Shown piece by piece: positions 17,396 to 28,400 of a DNA stretch of 49,189 nucleotides. The position numbers and the translations under genes are program-made. The stretch is from the NCBI GenBank assembly GCA_051652765.1, contig JBOFUV010000082.1:1-49189 (forward strand), read 5' to 3'. Under the pieces are notes generated by a model. It saw only the letters and a program-made list of their open reading frames with translations, was not told where the DNA came from and ran no database searches. The stretch's first letter is position 1; each line of letters begins with the position of its first letter. The DNA comes from Microcoleaceae cyanobacterium (GTDB lineage: Bacteria; Cyanobacteriota; Cyanobacteriia; Cyanobacteriales; Microcoleaceae).

Positions 17396-18151
17396 GTGGA
17401 ACTTAACTATATTGCAATTATTGAAGGAAATCCACATCTCCGTTCACTGTTGGGCTGGCACTTGCAGCAAGCGGGTTACTCAGTCTGCCAGTCTGCCGAT
17501 TTACATCAGGCCAGGGAAGCGTTTTATACCTATCAGCCCAAACTCTTCATTTTGGACGCTGAGTTGCCGGGTAGTAATAGCCTAGAGTTCTGCAAGTGGC
17601 TTCAAGATCAGTGTCAATCCCTGGTTTTTATTCTTTCTACACGTAAAGCCGAGTCTGATGTTGTTCGGGCCCTCAAAGCGGGAGCAGATGACTACTTGAC
17701 AAAACCCTTTGGAATGCACGAATTTCTAGCCCGGGTAGAGGCACTCATGCGGCGAAGTCGGCCTGTTGCTCCTCCCAGTAGTCTAGACTACGGAATTTTG
17801 AAAATTGACCTAGTGCAGCGCCGAGTTCGGTTGCGGGCCGCCGTAATTGAGTTAACGCCCCAGGAATACAGCCTGCTTTATGTTCTGGCTCAAGTAGCTG
17901 GAGAGCCCTTGAGTCGGTCTGAACTGTTGCGGCGGGCATGGCCAGATTCAATTGACAACCCTCGCACCATTGATACTCATGTGCTCTCTCTGCGAAAGAA
18001 AATTGAAACTGAGCCCCGTCAACCCAATCTGATCCAAACCGTGCGGAATGTTGGATATCGCTTGAATTTAGAAATTCTTAAGCCCGATCCCCAAAAGGCT
18101 CAAGCGAATGGTCAAGTTTCCTCAATTTCAGTGCAGGCCAGCAGCTATTAA
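17396..18151 (+). CDS. OmpR-family response regulator (atypical receiver); probable GTG start at 17396
   Basis: IIEGNPHLRSLLGWHL, GADDYLTKPF, LTPQEYSLL, RTIDTHVLSLRKKIE, IQTVRNVGY. Confidence 0.92.
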   Translation: MELNYIAIIEGNPHLRSLLGWHLQQAGYSVCQSADLHQAREAFYTYQPKLFILDAELPGSNSLEFCKWLQDQCQSLVFILSTRKAESDVVRALKAGADDYLTKPFGMHEFLARVEALMRRSRPVAPPSSLDYGILKIDLVQRRVRLRAAVIELTPQEYSLLYVLAQVAGEPLSRSELLRRAWPDSIDNPRTIDTHVLSLRKKIETEPRQPNLIQTVRNVGYRLNLEILKPDPQKAQANGQVSSISVQASSY

Positions 18152-18259
18152 GAACCATTGAATCATTTATTCCGACAAGGGCGGTAAACCAGAACTGTTA
18201 ACCTCGGACACCACTCGCTACAATCAGAGCATGTTACGTTAAGCAACTGACTGGCTTCT

Positions 18260-18871
18260 ATGATTCCAACTGTTATCGAACAATCGGGTCGAGGCGAACG
18301 CGCCTTTGATATTTACTCTCGCCTCCTGCGCGATCGCATTATTTTTCTAGGACAGCAGGTTACGAATGACATGGCCAACCTGATTGTGGCCCAGATGTTA
18401 TTTCTAGATGCAGAAGATCCAGAGAAAGATATCTATCTCTATATCAATTCTCCAGGCGGCTCAGTATCCGCAGGGTTGGGAATTTTTGACACCATGAATC
18501 ATATTCGTCCTGATGTTTCCACCATCTGTATTGGTTTAGCAGCCAGTATGGGTGCATTTCTACTCAGTGCGGGAGCCAAAGGGAAGCGGATGAGTTTGCC
18601 TCACTCCCGAATTATGATTCACCAGCCTCTAGGAGGGGCTCAGGGTCAAGCAACAGACATCGAGATCCAAGCCAGAGAAATTCTCTATCTCAAGAAGCAA
18701 CTGAACCAAGCTTTGGCCGATCATACAGGACAACCCCTCTCGCGCATTGAAGAGGATACGGAACGTGACTTCTTCATGTCGGCAAAGGAATCCACAGACT
18801 ATGGTCTGATTGACCAAGTGATCGATCGCAGACCTTCGGCAATGAGTCCTGTTGCCAGTGCTGTGTCCTAG
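18260..18871 (+). CDS. clpP: ATP-dependent Clp protease proteolytic subunit
   Basis: [44 protein letters not shown]. Confidence 0.98.
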   Translation: MIPTVIEQSGRGERAFDIYSRLLRDRIIFLGQQVTNDMANLIVAQMLFLDAEDPEKDIYLYINSPGGSVSAGLGIFDTMNHIRPDVSTICIGLAASMGAFLLSAGAKGKRMSLPHSRIMIHQPLGGAQGQATDIEIQAREILYLKKQLNQALADHTGQPLSRIEEDTERDFFMSAKESTDYGLIDQVIDRRPSAMSPVASAVS

Positions 18872-18899
18872 CTGGGTCTTAAGTTCAAGGATTAAGTTC

Positions 18900-18929
18900 A
18901 GGCACGGCCAAGCCGTGCTTCTCTATTTT
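18900..18929 (+). terminator. Intrinsic terminator after clpP
   Basis: GCACGGC-CAA-GCCGTGC hairpin followed by a T-rich run. Confidence 0.65.
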
Positions 18930-18974
18930 GATTATCTTTAACTACCGTTAATTACCCTTTAGACAGCCAAACCC

Positions 18975-20141
18975 CTAAGCAAAGGAACAGACCCGTTGAT
19001 AAATGTGCATTAATTGCTCATAGTTGGCCTGGGCAGTATATTTGGCTTCAAATTCTTGTCGGGCTGCTTGGCGCATTATCTGTAACTGCTCAGGATGGGT
19101 TAAGGCCCATTCCACTTTTGCAGCCAAATCCTCCGGATCACTGGCCCGGAACTTTAACCCTGTACGGCCTTCCTCAATTAACTCGGCGATCGCCCCAATA
19201 TCTGCCGCGATCACCGGAGTCCCTTTGGCAAAGGCTTCAACGGCCACCCGCCCAAAGGTTTCATACCACTTGGAGGGAAAGATCAGAAAGCTTGCCTCTC
19301 CCATCAGGTCATACACGTCTGTTTTGGGCTGCCGTCCCAGCCATTCTACCTGAGGCATCCGTTGAGTCGAGTCAGCCACGAGGTCAGACAGAGGGCCATC
19401 TCCAATAATTTTCAACGGGAACGGTTGGCTTAACTGTTCCCAGGCTTGCAGCAGCACATCTAGCCCTTTTTCAGCCGAGAGGCGACCGACATACAAGGCA
19501 TAGCCCCCTGTTCCAGAACCAATCCCCGGATCGGGAGCCACAAAGTTAGGCTTGACGACAATTTTCTCGGGGGGCCAACCTGCTTCAATGAATTTTTGGC
19601 GGGCAAACTGGCTCAGAGTCACAAACAGATTAACTTGGGCCAACCACGTGTTGAATGTCCGATGAATGGTCAACATCGCAGCAGTCACGGCACTGGCGGC
19701 CCGATTGTCCCGATAGCAAGCGTGAACAATACCAGGATAGGGAATTGGCTTGCCCATACAGTCCTCACAGACCCGGCCTTGGCGAAAAAACAGGCCATTG
19801 GGACAGATTAACCGATAGTTCCGCAGACTTTGAATCACAGGAACCTTTTCGGCTTGGGCGGCGTAGTAAATTGAGGGAGAAATCAGGGGGAAAAAATTTT
19901 GAACGTGAACCAGATGGGTGGGCGATCGCCTCAACTTTTCCTGGACAATCTGATAGGCTTCCCGCGACCAAATAGTTCTCCCGGCAAGATGGGGGGCACT
20001 AAACTCCTCCATCCGCTGGTTCGTCTCCTCATAGATCTCAACGGAGTGCCCCATATCCCTCAGGAGTTGGATTTCTGCCTGGGTGGATTCATCTTCTCCC
20101 CCCCGAATTTGGTAGTAATTGTGAACACTAAGAACCTGCAT
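18975..20141 (-). CDS. Glycosyltransferase family 4
   Basis: HNYYQIRGGED, YVGRLSAEKG, PSKWYETFGRVAVEAFAKGTPVI; start MQVLSV. Confidence 0.93.
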   Translation of the reverse strand: MQVLSVHNYYQIRGGEDESTQAEIQLLRDMGHSVEIYEETNQRMEEFSAPHLAGRTIWSREAYQIVQEKLRRSPTHLVHVQNFFPLISPSIYYAAQAEKVPVIQSLRNYRLICPNGLFFRQGRVCEDCMGKPIPYPGIVHACYRDNRAASAVTAAMLTIHRTFNTWLAQVNLFVTLSQFARQKFIEAGWPPEKIVVKPNFVAPDPGIGSGTGGYALYVGRLSAEKGLDVLLQAWEQLSQPFPLKIIGDGPLSDLVADSTQRMPQVEWLGRQPKTDVYDLMGEASFLIFPSKWYETFGRVAVEAFAKGTPVIAADIGAIAELIEEGRTGLKFRASDPEDLAAKVEWALTHPEQLQIMRQAARQEFEAKYTAQANYEQLMHIYQRVCSFA

Positions 20142-20142
20142 C

Positions 20143-20640
20143 CTAACGATAGTTGGTAAATTGTAAGGCAACTGGAAAATCTTCTTGTTTCAATCGTTGA
20201 ATCACCTCTTGCAGGTCATCCTTGGACTTGCTAGTCACCCGAACTGCATCTCCCTGAATTGCGGCTTGTAGCTTTTTAAATTCATCTTTAATAATCTTAG
20301 TAATTTGTTTGGCAATATCTTTGTCAATGCCTTTTTTGAGTTTGATTTCCTGACGAACCCGATTCCCACTTGCCGACTCAATTTTGCCATAGTCAAAAAT
20401 CTTGAGAGAGAGATTTCGCTTGGCTGACTTGGTTTGCAAGATCGTGTGAACGGCATCCAAAACAAACTCACTGGCCGTATTGACGACAATCGAGTCTTCC
20501 CCTAAGTCTAAAGTTGTATGGGTATCTTTTAAATCATAGCGAGTTGTAATTTCTCGCATCGTTTGATCGATGGCATTGACTAATTCCTGGCGATCAAACT
20601 CGCTGACAATATCAAAAGATGAAGTTGAAGTTGAAGACAT
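20143..20640 (-). CDS. yajQ: YajQ-family nucleotide / c-di-GMP-binding protein
   Basis: [47 protein letters not shown]. Confidence 0.95.
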   Translation of the reverse strand: MSSTSTSSFDIVSEFDRQELVNAIDQTMREITTRYDLKDTHTTLDLGEDSIVVNTASEFVLDAVHTILQTKSAKRNLSLKIFDYGKIESASGNRVRQEIKLKKGIDKDIAKQITKIIKDEFKKLQAAIQGDAVRVTSKSKDDLQEVIQRLKQEDFPVALQFTNYR

Positions 20641-20657
20641 ATCGCAGTTGATTCACT

Positions 20658-20732
20658 AACTGTTAAATTACCAATTATTAAACGACCAATTGTTAAATTA
20701 CCAATTGTTAAGCTACCAACTGTCAAATTATT
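20658..20732. repeat. 15-bp tandem repeat (AATTGTTAAATTACC) x5
   Basis: Units at 20658, 20673, 20688, 20703, 20718 fill the MAPEG-yajQ spacer. Confidence 0.88.
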
Positions 20733-21156
20733 AGCCAATAAAGGAAACTTCTAATAGGCTAAGAATCAACAGAGTTGCCGTCGAAATTGAACCAATACCA
20801 AACATCAGAGAACGGGCTAAGGGAACATCAGTAATGTAAAAAATGGAGTATAGAAGTCTGGCAACGACGAAGGCGATCGCGCTTCCAGCAACCAACCCCA
20901 AATTGGCAGGTTGAGTCAGGTAAGCCATCAACGCAGCTACCGCAAAGGGGGCAAAGGTTTCAACTGAATTCTGGTGAGCCCAAGCTGCTCGCTGAGCGTA
21001 GGGCGGCAGTTGATCAAACAGGGTTCGGGGAGCACTTGGGTTATGCCCTAAAGCATAACGATTGTAGGCGACAAGGGTAAAAGGCAAATATACAAGGAAG
21101 TAGGCAATCGCGATCGCGCCTAATAAAATTGTTGCTGTGGACAGTCCCAGAATCAT
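20731..21156 (-). CDS. MAPEG-family membrane protein
   Basis: PYAQRAAWAHQNSVETFAPF, FVVARLLYSIFYI. Confidence 0.9.
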   Translation of the reverse strand: MILGLSTATILLGAIAIAYFLVYLPFTLVAYNRYALGHNPSAPRTLFDQLPPYAQRAAWAHQNSVETFAPFAVAALMAYLTQPANLGLVAGSAIAFVVARLLYSIFYITDVPLARSLMFGIGSISTATLLILSLLEVSFIG

Positions 21157-21214
21157 AAGTCTGCTCGATCTTTGGCGTTTGACAGGTTAATTAAAGCAGG
21201 CAAATCAAAGCCAG

Positions 21215-21718
21215 CTAGTCAAAGTAAAACAACGTTACTATTTTTCGCTGGCTTTCTGCCTCTTCACAGGTCTGAAGCAGGGTTTGGCTATCGTGAAAAG
21301 CAAAACAAATTAACTGTTGACAACGAGAAACTATTTCCTGATTACATAGTGAACTAGCTTCAGCGAGAGACAAGGTATCTCCTTTAGGATTCTCAACCAA
21401 ATGAATCACCTGCTCTAGTTGATCACGGGATTCTCTCGGCTGGCGCTCAAGACTCTGAGGCAAAATCACAGTCAGCAAATTTGGATCACCTCGCATCGCC
21501 CCCCGAATTGCAGCAGAATTAGCGCCTGTTGCTCCTGATGTGATGAGATGATTTCCTCCCAATACCAAGGCATAGCTCAACAGCTCAATTAAATTCTGAT
21601 GGGTCAGAGGGACATGACGAGAACCCAAAATCGCAATTCTTTTAGAGCTGGTTTGCTGAATCGCAGCGAGTTCTTCTAAAAAGTCATCTACTCTCGGTAG
21701 ATTAATAGATTGGCTCAA
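21215..21718 (-). CDS. DprA/Smf-like Rossmann (SLOG) protein, 'DNA recombination-mediator A'
   Basis: RIAILGSRH, LITSGATG.N.AAIRGA, ICFAFHDS; TTG start. Confidence 0.88.
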   Translation of the reverse strand: MSQSINLPRVDDFLEELAAIQQTSSKRIAILGSRHVPLTHQNLIELLSYALVLGGNHLITSGATGANSAAIRGAMRGDPNLLTVILPQSLERQPRESRDQLEQVIHLVENPKGDTLSLAEASSLCNQEIVSRCQQLICFAFHDSQTLLQTCEEAESQRKIVTLFYFD

Positions 21719-22417
21719 AGATGTTCCTGGTAACTAGAAAAACGACCCTGTAGATTGTAGCAAATCAAGGGTATATTTTCCGATTTGGCTGGGAACACTT
21801 ACTTTCCTTCATGATCTGGGGCTAAAGTTCATGAGAGCCATGTCCAGATCCTCCTCAAAAACCCGCTCTTACTGTAAACTACCGATGAGTGTATTTGAGA
21901 TGAGGAAGTGAACTGTCATGGTTTTTGGCTTTGCGTTAGTTCTTCTGATACTAGTTGTTCAGGCAAACGTTGATCTGATCCTCTCCGATATTGAACGATT
22001 GAGTGGAGGGGACTTATCCGGGTAGACTTCTCAGGCAGACTTCTCAGGCAGATTTCCAAGTAAATCTCTAAAGATTAGGTTGCAGAACACAGAGTTTCAG
22101 GGGTATCGAGCAACAACCTATCTAACAAGCCAGCTTTACAGATCCTCCAAGTCTTGCTGAACCAAGACTACTTGTAGGTTTGAATTTTTCTTTGCCAATT
22201 CTCCTTGCCAATTCATTGGTCACGTTGGCAACACACCTTAAGCGTATTAAATCATTCCTTGAATCGTTTGTTCAGATGTGATCTCAAGCGATCCCCTAAA
22301 TTCCTCTTAAACAGAGGGACTTGAATGACTGAGATGTCCCTCACTAATTTTAAAAGCCGCTGCAAAAGCTGCTGCATTACAAAACTCACATCGTTTTAAT
22401 TTAAGGAACCCAAACCT

Positions 22418-25400
22418 ATGGCTAATCTCTTAGTAACTACCCTAAACAATGCTGGAGCAGGCTCCCTCAGACAAGCCATTCTTCAAGCGGATAACAACGG
22501 GGAAGATGACATCATCACTTTTGATCCGAGTTTGGATGGACAGAATATTCCTCTAAACTCAGCCCTGGGAATTAACGTCACTGGAGAACTCTTTGCCTTA
22601 ACGATTGATGCCAGTGCTTTACCCAATGGCATTACTATCGATGCCAGTCCAATTGATCCAACCGTTGCCCAGAGACAAGCTTTCAACATCACGACAGAGG
22701 TCGGAGCGACGGTTTCCTTAATTGGCTTGACAATGAGCAGCAGCGGCCTTGACGGAGTCCTGCACAGCGGCACTGGGACGCTAACGATTCAGAACAGCAG
22801 CATCATCAACAATGGCGCTAGTGGAATCAGAAGCACAGGTGGAACCCTGAACCTGCAATCCTCAACCATTGAGGGAAATAGTCTGGCAGGGGTTAACCTG
22901 ATCAATTCCAGTAATGGCATTCTGAGTGACAACACCATTGGCAACAATGGCAGTGCTGGGATTAGCCTCTCCAGCAGTAACAGTAATCAGTTTATCTCTA
23001 ACTTCATCGGCGTTGATTCAACCGGGACGACTGCAAATCCCAACAGTCAAGGCATTTCAATTGCCAATTCTTCTGGAAATACCCTGCAAGACAATGTCAT
23101 TTCCGGGAATCAAGCCCAAGGCATCGTGATTAGCCTTTCGACTCAAAATACCCTCCTAGGGAACAAAATTGGCACTGATCTTAACGGAACCATTCCAATT
23201 GCCAACGGTGCTGAAGGAATCCTGCTGGAAGAAAGTACGGCTAACATCATTGGCGAGAACGATCCAGCAGCAAGAAATACTATTTCAGGCAACGGTGCTG
23301 CGGGCATCAGCCTCACCCAGGGTTCAACAAGCAACACAATTAGTGGCAATAACATTGGGGTCAATACAGTCGGAGATGGGGCAATTGGGAACGCGGATCA
23401 GGGCATTCAAGTCATTAACTCTCCGAGCAATACCTTCATCGCCAACTTAATTTCTGGAAACCAGAGTGTGGGCGTTTTGATTGCCCAATCGGATCAAAAT
23501 ACCTTCCAAAATAACTATATTGGTGTGAATGAGGCCACAGACACAGCTCTTGGCAACGGTGGGCAAGGTGTTTCTGTGGATAACTCTGCTAGCACTACGC
23601 TCATCGGCAACGTCATTTCAGGGAACCAGGGGAATGGCATTGATCTCCGCAATGGGACTCGTCAAACAACCATTCAAGCCAATTCAATTGGAACTGACCT
23701 GACTGGAACAACAGCAGTTCCTAATGTAATTAACGGGATCTTGATCCGCTCTAGCACCTTGAATACGATTGGCGGCAGTGGCTCAGGAGAAGCCAATCTT
23801 ATTTCCGGTAACTTGAGCAATGGCATAGTCCTAGAGCAAAGCACAGAAAACCAAATTCTTGGAAATCTGATCGGGACGGATGAGACAGGCAGTTTTGCCA
23901 TTGGCAATGGCGATCGCGGGATATTTCTAAGCGCCAATTCTGACACCAACACCATTGGTGGAGCCGGAGATGCCAGCAATATCATTTCTGGCAATGGTCA
24001 AGACGGCATCTTCATTCAAAACTCTGGTCAGAATATCATCACAGGCAACTTTGTAGGGACGAGTATCCTGGGGAGTGAGGCGATCGCCAACCTCGCAGGG
24101 ATTACCCTGGAGGGCGCTGAGAGCAACACTATTGACAATAACTTCATCTCTGGAAATACAGGAACGGGTCTCACCCTCGCAGCAAATTCTTCCAGTAATA
24201 CGATTACAGCCAATCAAATCGGCGTTGATCCCAGTGGAACGATTACAGTTGCTAACCGGGGAAATGGCATTGCAATTAATAGTTCTAATGCTAATACACT
24301 TATCAACAACCAAATTTCTGGCAACAGTGATAACGGAATTGAGCTAGTCGGCAGCAGTGCCGTAGCAGCAGCCAATGTTATCCAGAGCAACTTGATTGGG
24401 ATAGATAGGGCCGGGGTTCAAGCCATTCCCAATGGTCGAGATGGGGTGCGGATTGCCGCTGGTGCCTTGGATAGCATGGTGGGCGGTACTGACCCAGATA
24501 CAGGGAATTTAATCGCGTTTAATCTGGGCAGCGGGGTGAATATTCTGGCCGACGAGGCTTCTACCCCGATTGAACACGCAGTATTAGGCAATCGCATTTT
24601 CTCCAATGGGAGTAACTCTCCCGGAATTGGGATTGACTTGGGGAACAATGGAGTCACAGCCAACGATCCTGACGATGCCGACACGGGGCCAAATAATTTA
24701 CAAAACTTCCCTGAATTGCAGGCCGTTGTCCAACGGGGCAACCAGATTACGGTAGAGGGAACCCTGAACAGCACAGCGGATACAACCTTCCGGGTTGAGT
24801 TCTTTGGGAATAGGGTTGCTGATCCGTCTGGGAATGGTCAAGGAGAGGTCTTCATCGCAGGAATTGATGTGACAACGGATGCCACCGGGAGTGCAACGAT
24901 TGGCCAACCCGTGACCTTGCCCCTAGGAGCAAGTTTTGTGACCGCAACGGCAACTGATCCGACTGGCAACACATCCGAGTTTTCCAGCGCCATTGCCATT
25001 AACCAGGCTCCGATTGCCACCCCCGTTAACATTGCGACCCTGATCAATACTCCTATCAACCTCAATTTAGTCGATCAGAGCTTTGATCCGGATGGGACGG
25101 TTGACCCTGCTACGGTTGACCTTGATCCAGCCACTGCCGATATTCAGAGTAGTCTGGATGTTCCTGGCCAGGGAAGTTTCACCGTTACGCCCCAGGGAAC
25201 GCTGACGTTTACGCCTGTGATTGGATTTGAGGGAGAAATCACGACTCCCTACACGGTTCAGGATAATTTGGGGGCAACGTCCGCTCCGGCAGATCTAGTG
25301 GTCAATGTCTCCCGACTTGTCAATCAACCCCCAGCGACTAGCAACGTTGTTGCTTCCCCTGCAATTCCCGGAGATGCGGTTCAAGCGCCCCTCCCAGCTT

Positions 25401-28400
25401 TAAGTGCCACGGATGCCGATGGTAGCCTGACTCAGTTCCGAATTACTCAGCTCTCTCAAGGTGGAACCCTGTTTTTGGGGAATCAGGCCGTGACTCCTGG
25501 GCAATTGATTTCAGTTGCCGATGCGGGGAATTTGACCTTTACTCCCAATGCTGGATTTTCTGGTTTTGCTTCGTTCCAGTACACCGCCCTTGATGATCAG
25601 GGAGCCTCGGATTTAACCCCTGCCACCTTCACCATCCCAGTAACGCCGGTTAATCAGCCGCCGCTAACGGCTAATATTGCTGGGGTGATTCAGCCGACTA
25701 ATCCACCTCAGCCCGCCCCGGTTTCTGCCCTGAATGGTTCTGATTCAAACGGTACTGTGGACAACTTCCGCATTACCCAACTGCCTTTGAATGGGGCCTT
25801 ACTCCTGAATGGCAATCCGGTGGACACCACCGCCCTGATTCCAGTTGCCGACGCAGGGAATTTAAGCTTTACTCCCAACCCTGGTTTTGTCGGGATTGCT
25901 AGTTTTCGGTACGTGGCCATTGACAACGAAGGGATTGAAGATCCGACTCCAGCACTAGCAACCTTAAATGTACAGCCCGCCGCAAACCAGCCCCCGGAGA
26001 CAGATAACGTTCAGTCCCCAATCCTCAACAGTGCCACACCTCAAGCTGCTCTGCCAACGTTAAGTGGGAGTGACTCGGATGGTTCAGTGGCTGAGTTCCG
26101 AATTCTAACCGTTCCTCAAAATGGACAGCTAGCTCTAGGTGCTACCGTTCTAACGGCTGATAGTCTAGTTCCCTTGGCCGCAGCCGCAACCTTAACCTAC
26201 AGTCCTGACTCCAACAGTCCCAGCTTTAGTCAGGAAACCTTTACCTACGCTGCAATCGACGATCAAGGGCTTGAGGATAGTACCCCAGCCACCTACACGA
26301 TTCCCGTGATTGGCAACATTGTTCCGATTGCCAATACGGTTACGGCAGCAACAGTTGACAGCACCGCAGTTGACGTGGCGCTAACTCCGTCTCCCAGTGG
26401 TAGTGACCCTGACGGTTCAATCACCCAGTTCACCATTACTCAGCTTCCGCCAGTCCAGGCCGGGGAACTGCTAATTGACGATGATGCTGACCCAGCAACT
26501 CCTTCAACTTTGGTAACGGCGGGGCAAAATATTCTTTTGGCTGACATTGGCAATCTCCGATTCACGGCCAATCCTAACTTTGTCGGACTGACCCGCTTTA
26601 GCTATACCGTTACCGACAACCAAGGTGCAGTTTCTATCCCCAGCCAATTAGAGATTCCCATCCAGCGGACTACGCTGCCAAACCTCCCCCCCATTGTCGG
26701 GGGCATTACCATTTCCCCCTCCCTCACAGATACAACGGATCTCAATCCCGTGACCATTCCTCCCCTAGTTGGGGTAGATCCAGAAGGCGAGGGTTTAACG
26801 TTTCAGATTCTGCGAGTGCCTAACCGAGGAGACCTACAACTGAACGGAGTGTCTGTAATCAATAATCAGGCTCTAACTGCTACTGAAGCCGAACAGTTAG
26901 TTTATATTCCTGATCCAGTCGCGAATCGGGATCTCTTCTTCCGATATACCGCGATTGATCCTCAAGGCTTGCAAGCTCCCACTGACGGGAGAGTTACAAT
27001 TCCCTTCCTACAAAACAACAATCAGGCTCCTTTCCCGGAAAATGTTTCAGCCCCAGGAATTTTGAGTACGGAGACTAACGCTACTCTCCCAGCTTTAGCG
27101 GCGGTTGATCCAGAAGGAGACGCGATCGCTAACTTCACTCTGATCAAACTTCCAGGTCAGGCTGAGGGTGAACTGTTCCTGAATGGAGTATCCGTTGCTC
27201 AGGGACAATCCCTAACGCCAACGGAAGCAGGAGAATTGACTTTTACGCCAAACCTCAGCTTTAGCGGGATTACCGTTGTGGAGTACACGGCTACCGACGA
27301 GCTAGGCGAAACCTCTGACGAGGTCGGACTGCTACAAATTCCAGTGCTGCCCGGTAATGTTAACCTCCCACCCACAGTCAGCAGCATTACTTTGAGTCCT
27401 CCCCTTGAGAATACTGTGGCAGCTCCTGTCCCAGTTCCAGTCCTGCAAGGCAGCGACCCAGAGGGAGACCCCTTTGCGTTTACCTTGCTCAGTCTGCCGA
27501 GCAATGGACAGCTTTTCCTCAACGGTCAGGCTGTTTTGATAGACCAACAGATTGCTTTGGCCGATGCTGGGAATCTTTCCTACGATCCAGATGATTCATT
27601 TGTTGGAACCGATGCCTTCAGGTATACTGCCACGGATGATCAAGGGGTCAATGCTCCCAACAGCGCCTTGGTGAGTATTCCTGTGCAGCCTGGAAATCAG
27701 CGCCCCATTGTTGCCAATCGTTCGTCTGCTTCGATTCCCAACGACTCAACTGGGGCAACCGTTCCGACGTTATTTGGAACCGACCCAGAGGATGGAACTG
27801 TCGCGCTATTTCAGATCGTCAGTCTACCGAACTCTGGCCAACTGTTGCTCAATGGGACTGAGGTTGCACCCGGTCAACAACTGACAGGAACTGAAGCGGC
27901 CCAGTTGACGTTTGTCCCCAATAGCAACTTTATCGGCAACGAGACCTTTCAGTACCTAGCGATTGACAGTCAAAGCTTGGCCTCTCGCAATTCAGCAACA
28001 GTCACTTTACCCACCGTTGCCAGTCAAAACTTGCCCCCCATTCCAGCCGATCGAATTGCCCCCAATGTTCTAAACACGCAAACCAACGTGGCTTTACCGG
28101 CGTTAAGTGCAACTGATCCCGATGGCGATGTGATTCAGGAGTTCACCCTGACTCAACTTCCCAGCAGTGGTCAACTGTTGCTGAGTGGGCAAGCTGTCAT
28201 CCTGGATCAAGTGATTCCGGGAACTGAGGCTGGAAATCTCACCTATACCCCCGTTGCCAACTTTGGGGGCCAAGTGAACTTTAACTACACGGCGACGGAT
28301 GCCGAGGGACTAGAGAGTCAAGTTACAGCCACTTACACGATTCCTGTGATTCTGGACAATCTGCCTCCGATTCCGGGGAATCCGCCCTTAACCTTTATGC

